Shown here piece after piece: positions 13,941-22,936 of a stretch of DNA of 30,965 nucleotides (positions within the stretch are counted from its first letter, which is position 1; every line of letters starts with the position of its first letter). Source of the stretch: a virus; the UHGV virus genome UHGV-0305615, one strand, 5' to 3'. The position numbers were made by a program, and so were the translations under genes. The notes under the pieces were generated by a model, which saw only the letters and a program-made list of their open reading frames with translations, did not search any database and was not told the origin of the DNA.

Positions 13941-15620
13941 ATGGCGGAAACAACTAAAGAGCGATTGAACAAACAGTTCGCACAACTTGAAAGCGAGCGT
14001 CAGTCGTTCGAGCCGCACTGGCGCGAGTTGAGTGATTACATCAACCCGCGTGGTTCCCGCTTTCTGACTTCTGAGGTCAACCGTAACGATCGACGCAATA
14101 CACGCATTATTGATTCGACCGGGACTATGGCGGCGCGCACTCTCGCCAGCGGCATGATGTCAGGCATCACAAGCCCCGCGCGTCCGTGGTTTCGCCTGGC
14201 TACGCCAGATCCTGAAATGATGGATTATGGCCCTGTTAAGTTGTGGCTTGAGGCGGTGCAGAACCGCATGAACGATATGTTCAATAAGTCGAATCTCTAT
14301 CAGTCGCTGCCGCAGTTATACGGAAGCCTCGGCACATACAGCACTGGTGCAATGGCAGTGCTGGAGGATGACGAGGACATCATTCGCACAATGCCATTCC
14401 CGATAGGCAGTTACTACCTGGCTAACTCACCTCGTGGCAGTGTGGACACCTGTTTTCGCAAGTTCTCTATGACTGTTCGTCAGCTTGTTCAGGAGTTCGG
14501 GCTAAATAACGTCAGCGAATCCGTAAAAAGCATGTGGGAAAGCGGCACCTACGAGAAGTGGGTTGAAGTGATGCATTCGGTTTACCCGAACATTGACCGC
14601 GATACATCGAAGCTGGATAGCAAGAACAAGCCATTCAAATCGGTTTATTACGAGGTTGGTGGCGATAACGACAAGTTGTTGCGTGAGTCCGGATTCGATG
14701 AGTTTCCAATTATGGCTCCGCGCTGGGAAGTTAACGGCGAAGATGTTTATGGATCATCATGCCCGGGTATGCTGGCGCTTGGACCTGTTAAGGCATTGCA
14801 GCTTCTCCAGAAGCGCAAGTCGCAGTTGATTGATAAAGCCACCAATCCGCCGATGATTGCTCCGACTTCCCTCAAGAATCAGCGTGCCTCCCTTCTTCCT
14901 GGCGACATCACGTATATCGATCAGATTACTGGTCAGGATAGTTTCAGGCCTGCTTATCTGGTTAACCCCAGTACAGCAGATTTGGTGGCAGACATTCAGG
15001 ACACTCGTCAAATCATTAACAGCGCCTACTTTGTCGATCTGTTCATGATGTTGCAGAACATCAATACCCGCTCGATGCCTGTTGAAGCGGTGATCGAAAT
15101 GAAAGAAGAAAAACTTCTGATGTTGGGGCCGGTTCTGGAGCGTCTGAACGACGAATGTCTTAATCCTCTCATTGACCGCGCTTTCTCGATGATGGTGCGT
15201 AAAAACATGCTGCCGCCACCACCTGACGCGATGGAAGGTATGCCCCTGAAGGTCGAATACATTTCCGTCATGGCTCAGGCGCAGAAGTCTATCGGCCTGT
15301 CCAGTCTGGCATCCACGGTCAACTTCATTGGTCAACTTGCGCAAGCGAAACCAGAAGCTCTCGACAAACTCAACGTTGATCAGGCGATCGATGCATTCGC
15401 TGATATGTCCGGAGTGTCTCCAACCGTCATTGTTCCGCAGGAACAGGTTGAGCAGGCTCGCCAGCAACGGGCACAGCAACAACAGCAGCAACAAATGATG
15501 GCGATGGGGATGGCGGCGGCACAGGGTGCCAAGACGCTAAGCGAAGCTAAAACTTCGGATCCGAGTGTTTTGTCAGCTATGGCGAATGCATTTAGTGGTC
15601 AGGGTGGGCAATCACAATGA
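13941..15620 (+). CDS. Portal protein, T7 gp8-like
   Basis: 559 aa; GGAG RBS; Gln-rich C-terminus (QQRAQQQQQQQMMAMGMAAAQ) and overall layout resemble the remembered T7 connector. Confidence 0.8.
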   Translation: MAETTKERLNKQFAQLESERQSFEPHWRELSDYINPRGSRFLTSEVNRNDRRNTRIIDSTGTMAARTLASGMMSGITSPARPWFRLATPDPEMMDYGPVKLWLEAVQNRMNDMFNKSNLYQSLPQLYGSLGTYSTGAMAVLEDDEDIIRTMPFPIGSYYLANSPRGSVDTCFRKFSMTVRQLVQEFGLNNVSESVKSMWESGTYEKWVEVMHSVYPNIDRDTSKLDSKNKPFKSVYYEVGGDNDKLLRESGFDEFPIMAPRWEVNGEDVYGSSCPGMLALGPVKALQLLQKRKSQLIDKATNPPMIAPTSLKNQRASLLPGDITYIDQITGQDSFRPAYLVNPSTADLVADIQDTRQIINSAYFVDLFMMLQNINTRSMPVEAVIEMKEEKLLMLGPVLERLNDECLNPLIDRAFSMMVRKNMLPPPPDAMEGMPLKVEYISVMAQAQKSIGLSSLASTVNFIGQLAQAKPEALDKLNVDQAIDAFADMSGVSPTVIVPQEQVEQARQQRAQQQQQQQMMAMGMAAAQGAKTLSEAKTSDPSVLSAMANAFSGQGGQSQ

Positions 15621-15913
15621 CAGATTACGAAGACGATCAACTGAAAGAAGAAAACGCCCGTAAGCAACGTGACATGGCACAGCGTGAAATTGATGACATT
15701 CGCTTTGTCATGAGCAGTGAACAGGGGCGTCGCGTTGTCTGGTCGGTGCTGGAGAAAGGCCGGGTGTTTTCCGCTATCTCTCCGATGGATGCTATGGCAA
15801 TGGCATTTAATGAGGGGCAACGCAATCTGGCGCTGGAACTGTTTCAGCGCGTTATGGCGCATTGCCCTGAACAGTATTTGAAGATGGCCAAAGAGGCCAG
15901 TGAACAGGAGTGA
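15617..15913 (+). CDS. Hypothetical head-module protein (98 aa)
   Basis: Complete ORF overlapping the portal stop. Confidence 0.55.
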   Translation: MTDYEDDQLKEENARKQRDMAQREIDDIRFVMSSEQGRRVVWSVLEKGRVFSAISPMDAMAMAFNEGQRNLALELFQRVMAHCPEQYLKMAKEASEQE

Positions 15914-15915
15914 TC

Positions 15916-16611
15916 ATGAATTTATTTGAGCGTTTGCTGTATCGCCGTCTTTGCAATGAGCAACCAGTTGATGGCGGAGCAGCTCCGGCTGCGTCAGAAC
16001 CGTCAGCGCCTGCAGGTGATAACCCTGCTCCAGTTGGTGATCCATCACAACTGGAAGGTGATAAGCCACAACCTGTTGCTGATGGCGATAAACCTGCTGA
16101 TGACAAAAAGCCTGAAAACGATAAGCAGGATGAAAAAAAGGACGGCGATAAACCAGAGGGTGCGCCTGAGAAGTACGAGTTTCAGGCTGCCGAAGGCGTA
16201 GAGCTGGATACAGAAGCGTTGAAGGAATTCGAGCCGGTGGCGCGAGAACTTAACCTGACCAACGAGCAAGCGCAAAAGCTGGTTGATGCTTATCCGAAGA
16301 TTCTGGCAGGTGTTCAGCAGCGCCAGGCAGAAGCCTGGCAGAAAACAACCGAGCAGTGGGCTGCGGATGTAAAAGCTGACAAAGAAATCGGTGGCGACAA
16401 GTTGATTTCTAACCTTAGCGCCGCACAGCGTGCGCTTGACCAGTTCGGGACACCTGAACTCAAAGAATATCTGAACACCACCGGACTGGGTAATCACCCT
16501 GATCTGGTCAAAACGTTCGTGAAAATCGGAAAGGCGATGTCTGAAGATGGCATGGTCACCGGTGGTAATGAAGGCCAGCGTAGTGCGGCCGAAGTGCTCT
16601 ATGGCAAATAA
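15916..16611 (+). CDS. Scaffolding protein
   Basis: ATG 15916 with AGGAG RBS; acidic, Pro/Asp/Lys-rich low-complexity N-terminus, helical C-terminus; located between portal and capsid. Confidence 0.65.
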   Translation: MNLFERLLYRRLCNEQPVDGGAAPAASEPSAPAGDNPAPVGDPSQLEGDKPQPVADGDKPADDKKPENDKQDEKKDGDKPEGAPEKYEFQAAEGVELDTEALKEFEPVARELNLTNEQAQKLVDAYPKILAGVQQRQAEAWQKTTEQWAADVKADKEIGGDKLISNLSAAQRALDQFGTPELKEYLNTTGLGNHPDLVKTFVKIGKAMSEDGMVTGGNEGQRSAAEVLYGK

Positions 16612-16625
16612 GAGAGGAAATGACA

Positions 16626-17612
16626 ATGGCTGTTAAAGGCTTAACTGCGCTAACGCTGGCTGACTGGGGTAAGCGCGTCGATCCAAACGGGAAAGTCGAT
16701 AAGATTATCGAGCTTCTCGGTCAAACTAACCCGATCCTTCAGGATATGCCTTTTGTCGAAGGGAACCTTCCTACCGGACACCGAACCACCATTCGTTCTG
16801 GTTTACCTTCAGCTACCTGGCGTTTGCTGAACTATGGCGTACAGCCAAGCAAATCAACCACAGTGCAGGTCACCGATTCCGTTGGCATGCTGGAAACCTA
16901 TGCTGAAGTCGATAAGTCACTGGCTGATCTGAACGGCAATACCGCCGAATTCCGCCTGTCTGAAGACCGAGCATTTATTGAAGCGATGAATCAGCAGATG
17001 GCGCAGACGCTGTTTTATGGTGATTCCAGCGTTAACCCTCAGCAGTTTATGGGACTGTCCTCCCGCTATTCCAGCCTGTCTGCGGGTAATGCTCAGAACA
17101 TCATTGATGCTGGTGGCACGGGTACAGATAACACCTCAATCTGGTTAGTGGTGTGGGGCGAAAACACCGTGCATGGCATCTTCCCGAAAGGGCAGAAGGC
17201 TGGCATCCAGATGGAAGATAAAGGCCAGGTGACACTGGAAGATGCTAATGGCGGCAAGTACGAAGGCTACCGTACCCATTACAAATGGGACAACGGACTT
17301 GCTCTGCGTGACTGGCGTTATGTTGTTCGCATTGCAAACATCGATGTCAGCAATCTTTCAGAACCTTCCTCTGCCGCAAATATTGCGAAGTTGATGGTTA
17401 AAGCACTACATCGCATTCCAAACCGTGGCATGGGCCGCCCGGTGTTCTACATGAACCGCACTGTAGGCCAGACTCTTGATCTGCAGTCTCTGGAGAAAAC
17501 ATCCCTGGCTATCAGCGTAAAAGAGACAGAAGGCGAGTGGTGGACTTCATTCCGTGGTGTACCAATCCGTGAAACTGATGCGCTTCTGGAAACAGAAGCC
17601 CGCGTGGTGTAA
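16626..17612 (+). CDS. Major capsid protein
   Basis: 329 aa; ATG 16626 with GAGG RBS; assignment by synteny (portal-scaffold-capsid). Confidence 0.65.
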   Translation: MAVKGLTALTLADWGKRVDPNGKVDKIIELLGQTNPILQDMPFVEGNLPTGHRTTIRSGLPSATWRLLNYGVQPSKSTTVQVTDSVGMLETYAEVDKSLADLNGNTAEFRLSEDRAFIEAMNQQMAQTLFYGDSSVNPQQFMGLSSRYSSLSAGNAQNIIDAGGTGTDNTSIWLVVWGENTVHGIFPKGQKAGIQMEDKGQVTLEDANGGKYEGYRTHYKWDNGLALRDWRYVVRIANIDVSNLSEPSSAANIAKLMVKALHRIPNRGMGRPVFYMNRTVGQTLDLQSLEKTSLAISVKETEGEWWTSFRGVPIRETDALLETEARVV

Positions 17613-17663
17613 CGCCTGTTATTAACCTGTGGGTCGTAACAGACCCACTAATGGAGAAAGAAG

Positions 17664-18101
17664 ATGATCACCGACAAACTGTTGATGTTCTCCGAAGCAC
17701 AGGCGGTAACTGATACCGCGGCTTCTACTGACGTAATCGATCTCGGTCCAATTGATGGGAAACGTCGTGATATCGGCGTGGGTTACCCGCTTGAGTTTTG
17801 GGCGCTGGTTAACACAGCCGCCGCAGCAAGCGGTGATGCAACTGTAAACATCCAGTTGCAGACGAGTGAGGATAACAGCTCATGGACCACTATTTATGAT
17901 AGTGGTGCACTGGCAAAGACCGCCCTGACAGCAGGTAAACGAGTTGTTTCTGCAAAGGTGCCTGCCGGTGTTCAGCGATATCTGCGTGTTAACTACTCCG
18001 TCGCAACTGGCCCACTAACGGCTGGCGAATTCACTGCTGGTATCAGTCTTGATGTTGATGCCAATACGCCGTATCCGATCCGCTCAAAAGTAACTGGTTA
18101 A
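17664..18101 (+). CDS. Hypothetical virion protein (145 aa), possible capsid decoration protein
   Basis: Complete ORF immediately after capsid gene. Confidence 0.5.
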   Translation: MITDKLLMFSEAQAVTDTAASTDVIDLGPIDGKRRDIGVGYPLEFWALVNTAAAASGDATVNIQLQTSEDNSSWTTIYDSGALAKTALTAGKRVVSAKVPAGVQRYLRVNYSVATGPLTAGEFTAGISLDVDANTPYPIRSKVTG

Positions 18102-18111
18102 GGTGATATCG

Positions 18112-18447
18112 ATGTCAGGTGAGAAACCAAGATACCGCGTTCTGCGCCTCTCTCATATCCATAACACTCTGTGGCCGGAGGGGGCAGAAATCGAATACGA
18201 AGGTGAGCCTGGTAGCGCACTGGAACCTGTTAACGATGCAGCCAGACAGGCAAAAGCAAAAGTTGCAGGAAAGGTGTCAATGGCAGCAACCAGCACCAAA
18301 ATCATCAACGATGTGTCAGATGATGGTGAACTGGATAAGCTCCGTGAAGAGTACGAATTGCTCTTTAACGAGAAGCCACACCATAACGCTAAAGCCGAAA
18401 CGCTCCGCGAGAAGATCGCAGATAAGCGTAAAGAACTAGGCGTGTAA
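18112..18447 (+). CDS. Hypothetical protein (111 aa)
   Basis: ATG 18112 with AAGGTGA RBS (track start 18103 is GTG). Confidence 0.5.
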   Translation: MSGEKPRYRVLRLSHIHNTLWPEGAEIEYEGEPGSALEPVNDAARQAKAKVAGKVSMAATSTKIINDVSDDGELDKLREEYELLFNEKPHHNAKAETLREKIADKRKELGV

Positions 18448-18464
18448 GCCTCGCGAATCCGACA

Positions 18465-18485
18465 AGGGGCTTCGGCCCCTTTATT
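18465..18485 (+). terminator. Rho-independent terminator / stable hairpin within virion operon
   Basis: AGGGGC-TTCG-GCCCCT hairpin followed by TTATT. Confidence 0.55.
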
Positions 18486-18497
18486 GCAGGAGTGTAT

Positions 18498-18821
18498 ATG
18501 GAACTCGTAAACCTCAAAACCGGCACTGACAGCTACCAGGATGAGAGCGGAGAAACCAGAACTCGCGATGAATACCCGTGGGGGCTGTGCATCACTCTTA
18601 ATAACGACACATTGAATAAGCTGAAGGCGCAACCTCAGGGCGTCGGAACAGAAGTGATGATAACTGCAAAAGCTGTTATTCGAGGCCTGTCTGCCAGAGA
18701 AACTGACGATGGTGTTAATCGCAGCGCCGATCTGCAGATCACTGATATGGCGATCGCTCCTGTTTCCGGGGATGTAGAAAAATCAGCGGCTGAAACTCTG
18801 TACGGTAACGGAGGTGAGTGA
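18498..18821 (+). CDS. Hypothetical protein (107 aa)
   Basis: ATG 18498 with AGGAG RBS. Confidence 0.5.
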   Translation: MELVNLKTGTDSYQDESGETRTRDEYPWGLCITLNNDTLNKLKAQPQGVGTEVMITAKAVIRGLSARETDDGVNRSADLQITDMAIAPVSGDVEKSAAETLYGNGGE

Positions 18822-19426
18822 TGGCCTCTGTAGTAGAGATCTGTAATCGTGCGCTGTCCAATATTGGCAACAGCCGCAGCATTAACAGCCTGACGGAAGC
18901 CAGCAAGGAAGCGGGGGAATGTTCGCTGCACTTTGAGGCCTGCCGTGATGCTGTGCTTTCTGATTTTGACTGGAACTTTGCTACCAAACGCGTGGCGCTT
19001 GCAGATACGAGCAATCCACCGCCTGACTGGGAATATGCGTATCAGTACCCGTCCGATTGTCTGCGCATTACTGAAATTATGCTTCCTGGTGTACGCAATC
19101 CAACAGCAGCAATGCGCGTTCAGTACGAAGTAGGTGTAGACACCAACGGAACAGGAAAGTTGATCTACACAGACCAGCCTCAGGCATGGCTCAAGTATGT
19201 CTCTCGCGTTACAGATGTGAACATGTTTGATGCCATTTTTATGGAGGCGTTGGCCTGGCGTCTTGCGGCAGCTATTAACATGGCGCTGACTGGGAATGCA
19301 GACCTCGGTACATTTGCTCTCAATATGTACAATCGCGTGATTCTTAGTGCTGGCTCGCATAGCCAGAATGAATCACAGGAACCACAGCCACCGGTTGACG
19401 AGTTTACCATTGCGAGGTTGTCCTGA
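18821..19426 (+). CDS. Tail tubular protein A / gatekeeper, T7 gp11-like
   Basis: ATG overlaps previous TGA; N-terminus MASVVEICNRALSNIGNSRSINSLTE resembles remembered gp11 N-terminus. Confidence 0.6.
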   Translation: MASVVEICNRALSNIGNSRSINSLTEASKEAGECSLHFEACRDAVLSDFDWNFATKRVALADTSNPPPDWEYAYQYPSDCLRITEIMLPGVRNPTAAMRVQYEVGVDTNGTGKLIYTDQPQAWLKYVSRVTDVNMFDAIFMEALAWRLAAAINMALTGNADLGTFALNMYNRVILSAGSHSQNESQEPQPPVDEFTIARLS

Positions 19427-21897
19427 TGGCTATCAGTTGGATCCAGCCCAGCTTTGCCGGTGGTGAGATTGGACCGTCGTTGTATGGGCGTATTGACATG
19501 GCGAAGTACCAGGTGGCATTGCGCAAGTGCGATAACTTTATCGTGCGGCAGTATGGCGGCGTTGAGAATCGACCTGGTACGCGTTTTGTCGGTGCCGCCA
19601 AATATCCAAATCGGAAATGCCGCCTGATCCCGTTCCAGTTCTCGACGGTTCAGACCTATGCTCTGGAGTTCGGACACCAGTACATGCGCGTTATCAAAGA
19701 TGGTGCGTTGGTGCTGAACAGCAGCAATGTTATTTATGAAATTGCCACGCCATATACTGAAGCCGATCTGTTCCGAATTAAATTCACGCAAAGCGCCGAC
19801 GTGCTTACGCTGGTTCATCCGGCATACCCGCCGAAAGAGTTGCGCCGCTATGCGCATGACAACTGGCAACTGGTTGATGTGGTAACGAAGAACGGGCCAT
19901 TTGAAGATATCAATATTGACGAGTCAGTGACGGTTTATGCCAGCGCCAGCACCGGGACAATTACGTTAACGGCAAGCGCCTCTATTTTTGGCGCGGAGCA
20001 GGTAGGCAAATTGTTCTATCTGGAACAGCCTGCAGTGGATTCAGTACCGGTATGGGAAACCAGCAAGAGTACGTCGATTGGCGATATTCGCCGTGCAGAC
20101 AGTAACTACTATCGCGCCGTTACAGCAGGCAAAACAGGCACTTTGCGCCCTTCGCATACAGAAGGCACATCATGGGATGGCTGGGGCGGATCCGGTGATG
20201 ATGATACTGGCATTGAGTGGGAGTATCTGCACAGTGGTTTTGGCATTGCCCGTATCACGGCTGCAAATGGCACTACTGCAACTGCTGAGGTGATTTCCTA
20301 TATCCCTTCGCAGGTCGTTGGCGAGGATAATGCCAGCTATAAATGGGCTAAATATGCCTGGAACAGTGTTAATGGTTATCCTGGCACTGTTGTTTATTAT
20401 CAACAACGTCTTTACTTCGCCGCATCGACTGCGTTCCCTCAGACTATCTGGGCCAGCCGTACTGGGGATTATAAGGATTTTGGCAAAAGCAATCCTACGC
20501 AGGATGACGACAGAATTATCTACACCTATGCCGGGCGTCAGGTTAATGAGATCCGCCACCTGATTGATGTTGGTTCGCTGGTAGCGCTGACTTCCGGAGG
20601 TGAGTACGTCATCACTGGCGACCAGAACAAAGTGTTAACCCCATCATCATTTGCATTCAGCTCTCAGGGATCAAATGGCTCGAGCAATGTCCCACCAATT
20701 GCCGTGGCGAATATTGCTCTGTTCGTCCAGGAGAAAGGCAGTGTTGTCCGTGATCTGGCCTACTCATTCGATGTTGACGGCTATCAGGGGAACGACCTGA
20801 CCATCCTTGCCAATCATCTTTTTCAGAAGCACAGCATTGTTGACTGGTGCTTCTCTATTGTCCCTTACTCCAGCGCCTTCTGCATTCGTGATGACGGTAA
20901 ATTACTGGTGATGACCTATTTGCGTGATCAGCAGGTTTTTGCATGGGCACCACAATCCAGTACCGGAAAATATGAAAGCACATGCAGTATCAGCGAAGGA
21001 AATGAAGATGCGGTGTATTTCGTCGTTAACCGAACCGTTAACGGGCAAACAGTGAGATACATCGAGAGACTGTCCAGCCGTTTATTTACCAGCGATGAAG
21101 ATGCTTTCTTTGTTGATTCTGGCCTTAGCTATGATGGAAGAAATACGTCTGACAGAACGATGACCATCACTGGTGGTTCTGGCGAATGGGATTACCGCGC
21201 GGAATATACAATCAGTATTTCTGGCGGTGCGTACTTCACCAGTAGTGATGTCGGTGCGCAACTACAGTTCCCTTATACCGGAACTGCTCCTGATACTGGC
21301 GATGAAGTGTCAAAAGAATTACGTTGCGACATTATTTCTGTAACCAGCAACACCGCTGTAGTGGTTCGTGCTAACAGGAACGTCCCGCCATCCCTCAGGA
21401 ATGTGGCCACCACGAACTGGCAGATGGCGCGCCGGGCATTTGGCGGCTTGTCTCATCTTGAAGGTCAGACCGTAAACATCCTCTCTGATGCGAACGTGGA
21501 ACCACAGAAAGTAGTTTCCGGAGGTGCCGTCACGCTGGAATCACCGGGGGCTGTAGTGCACATCGGCCTGCCAATAACTGCTGAATTCGAAACACTGGAT
21601 ATCAACATTAACGGGCAGGAAACGCTGCTGGACAAAAAACAGGTGATCCCATCCGTTACTCTGGTTGTGAATGCCAGCCGCGGCATCTGGGCGACTACGC
21701 CCGGCGGTAAATGGTACGAATATCCACAGCGTGAATTCGAGTTCTACGATGATCCTGTTGATGACGCTACCGGAAAAGTAGAAGTGAAACTGGACAGTAA
21801 CTGGGGCAAAAACGGACGTGTAAGAATCCGTCAGCTTGACCCGTTGCCACTGTCTGTTCTTGCCGTTATTCCTCGCCTTACTGTTGGGGGATTCTGA
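19426..21897 (+). CDS. Tail tubular protein B / nozzle, T7 gp12-like
   Basis: 823 aa; N-terminus MAISWIQPSFAGGEIGPSLYGR parallels remembered gp12 MALISQSIKNLKGGISQQP; size close to T7 gp12 (794 aa). Confidence 0.65.
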   Translation: MAISWIQPSFAGGEIGPSLYGRIDMAKYQVALRKCDNFIVRQYGGVENRPGTRFVGAAKYPNRKCRLIPFQFSTVQTYALEFGHQYMRVIKDGALVLNSSNVIYEIATPYTEADLFRIKFTQSADVLTLVHPAYPPKELRRYAHDNWQLVDVVTKNGPFEDINIDESVTVYASASTGTITLTASASIFGAEQVGKLFYLEQPAVDSVPVWETSKSTSIGDIRRADSNYYRAVTAGKTGTLRPSHTEGTSWDGWGGSGDDDTGIEWEYLHSGFGIARITAANGTTATAEVISYIPSQVVGEDNASYKWAKYAWNSVNGYPGTVVYYQQRLYFAASTAFPQTIWASRTGDYKDFGKSNPTQDDDRIIYTYAGRQVNEIRHLIDVGSLVALTSGGEYVITGDQNKVLTPSSFAFSSQGSNGSSNVPPIAVANIALFVQEKGSVVRDLAYSFDVDGYQGNDLTILANHLFQKHSIVDWCFSIVPYSSAFCIRDDGKLLVMTYLRDQQVFAWAPQSSTGKYESTCSISEGNEDAVYFVVNRTVNGQTVRYIERLSSRLFTSDEDAFFVDSGLSYDGRNTSDRTMTITGGSGEWDYRAEYTISISGGAYFTSSDVGAQLQFPYTGTAPDTGDEVSKELRCDIISVTSNTAVVVRANRNVPPSLRNVATTNWQMARRAFGGLSHLEGQTVNILSDANVEPQKVVSGGAVTLESPGAVVHIGLPITAEFETLDININGQETLLDKKQVIPSVTLVVNASRGIWATTPGGKWYEYPQREFEFYDDPVDDATGKVEVKLDSNWGKNGRVRIRQLDPLPLSVLAVIPRLTVGGF

Positions 21898-22361
21898 TGA
21901 TCGATGTTCGAATTGTTCCCGCTACCGAAGAGCATCTTCAGATGATTTTGCCGGATGTTCGTCAGGCTGATATTGACGAACTGTATGCGGTATCACTGAT
22001 GACTACCGAAGATGCGCTGCGTGTTGGTCTGCGTACTGCGACTATGGCCTGGTCAGGATTTGCGAACGGAGAACTGGTAACCATGTTTGGCGTATCTCCG
22101 GCGTCAATGATCGGTGGCAATGGTACGCCCTGGCTGGTCGGAACCAGCCGTATCGAAAAATATCAGAAGACATTTCTTCGCCACTGCCGCCCTGTATTGC
22201 AGCAGATGCTGGCAGTTTATCCGCGCCTGGAAAACTATGTCGACGAGCGAAACCATGTTGCCAAAGCATGGCTGCACTGGCTTGGATTCAGGCTTGAAGA
22301 AGCCGCGCCTTATGGTGCTCTTGGTCTTAATTTCCACAGATTTCACATGGAGAGAAAATAA
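21897..22361 (+). CDS. Hypothetical virion-associated protein (154 aa), in the position of T7 gp13
   Basis: TGATG overlap with previous gene. Confidence 0.5.
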   Translation: MIDVRIVPATEEHLQMILPDVRQADIDELYAVSLMTTEDALRVGLRTATMAWSGFANGELVTMFGVSPASMIGGNGTPWLVGTSRIEKYQKTFLRHCRPVLQQMLAVYPRLENYVDERNHVAKAWLHWLGFRLEEAAPYGALGLNFHRFHMERK

Positions 22362-22936
22362 TGTGCGATCCGGTTATTGCTGGTGGCGCAATGCTCGCTA
22401 TGAGTGGCATTCAGGCATACACCCAGTACCAACAGGGAAAGTATGCCTCGAAGGTTGCAGAAGCGAACGCAGATATAGCCACAGCTCAGGCAAATGATGC
22501 AATAAACAGAGGTAACGCTGAAGCTGAGCAACGGCGCAGAGAGACCCGACAGCGGCTTGGTACACAGGCGGCGACAATGGGGGCTACCGGCGCTGATTTA
22601 TCTACAGGTAACGCGCTGGATATATTTGGCGACACTGCCCAGTTTGGCGCTCTTGATTCTCTGACAACGGTGAATAACGCGCAACGCGAGGCTTACGGTT
22701 ATCAGGTTCAGGCTGCCAACTATAAAGCAGAAGCCAGTTCAGCCCGTAAACAGGGGAATGTGGGAGCAGCAACAACTTTACTCACTGCGCCTCTGAAGGC
22801 ATACGGTGCGTACCAGATGTTTGGTGGGACGTGGAGTCCGTTCTCTAAAGGAAGTACATCTAGTGGTGGGACGCCAATGTTATCTAACTCAGGTTTTATG
22901 AATTCTGACTCCCGATTCAAAATAGGAGGTTACTGA
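22361..22936 (+). CDS. Internal virion protein, T7 gp14-like
   Basis: 191 aa; begins MC..., Ala/Gln-rich; TAATG overlap with previous gene. Confidence 0.5.
   Translation: MCDPVIAGGAMLAMSGIQAYTQYQQGKYASKVAEANADIATAQANDAINRGNAEAEQRRRETRQRLGTQAATMGATGADLSTGNALDIFGDTAQFGALDSLTTVNNAQREAYGYQVQAANYKAEASSARKQGNVGAATTLLTAPLKAYGAYQMFGGTWSPFSKGSTSSGGTPMLSNSGFMNSDSRFKIGGY

Noticed and set aside
14757-15494. 245-aa minus-strand ORF
   Set aside because: Lies entirely antisense within the portal gene; shadow ORF.
15475-15500. CAG/CAA repeat run
   Set aside because: Codes for the poly-Gln stretch of the portal C-terminus; not an independent repeat element.
16045-16626. 193-aa minus-strand ORF
   Set aside because: Antisense to the scaffold gene, low-complexity mirror of its repeats.
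18635-19869. Minus-strand ORFs of 241 and 229 aa
   Set aside because: Antisense to the gp11-like and gp12-like genes, which have strong coupling signals; shadow ORFs.
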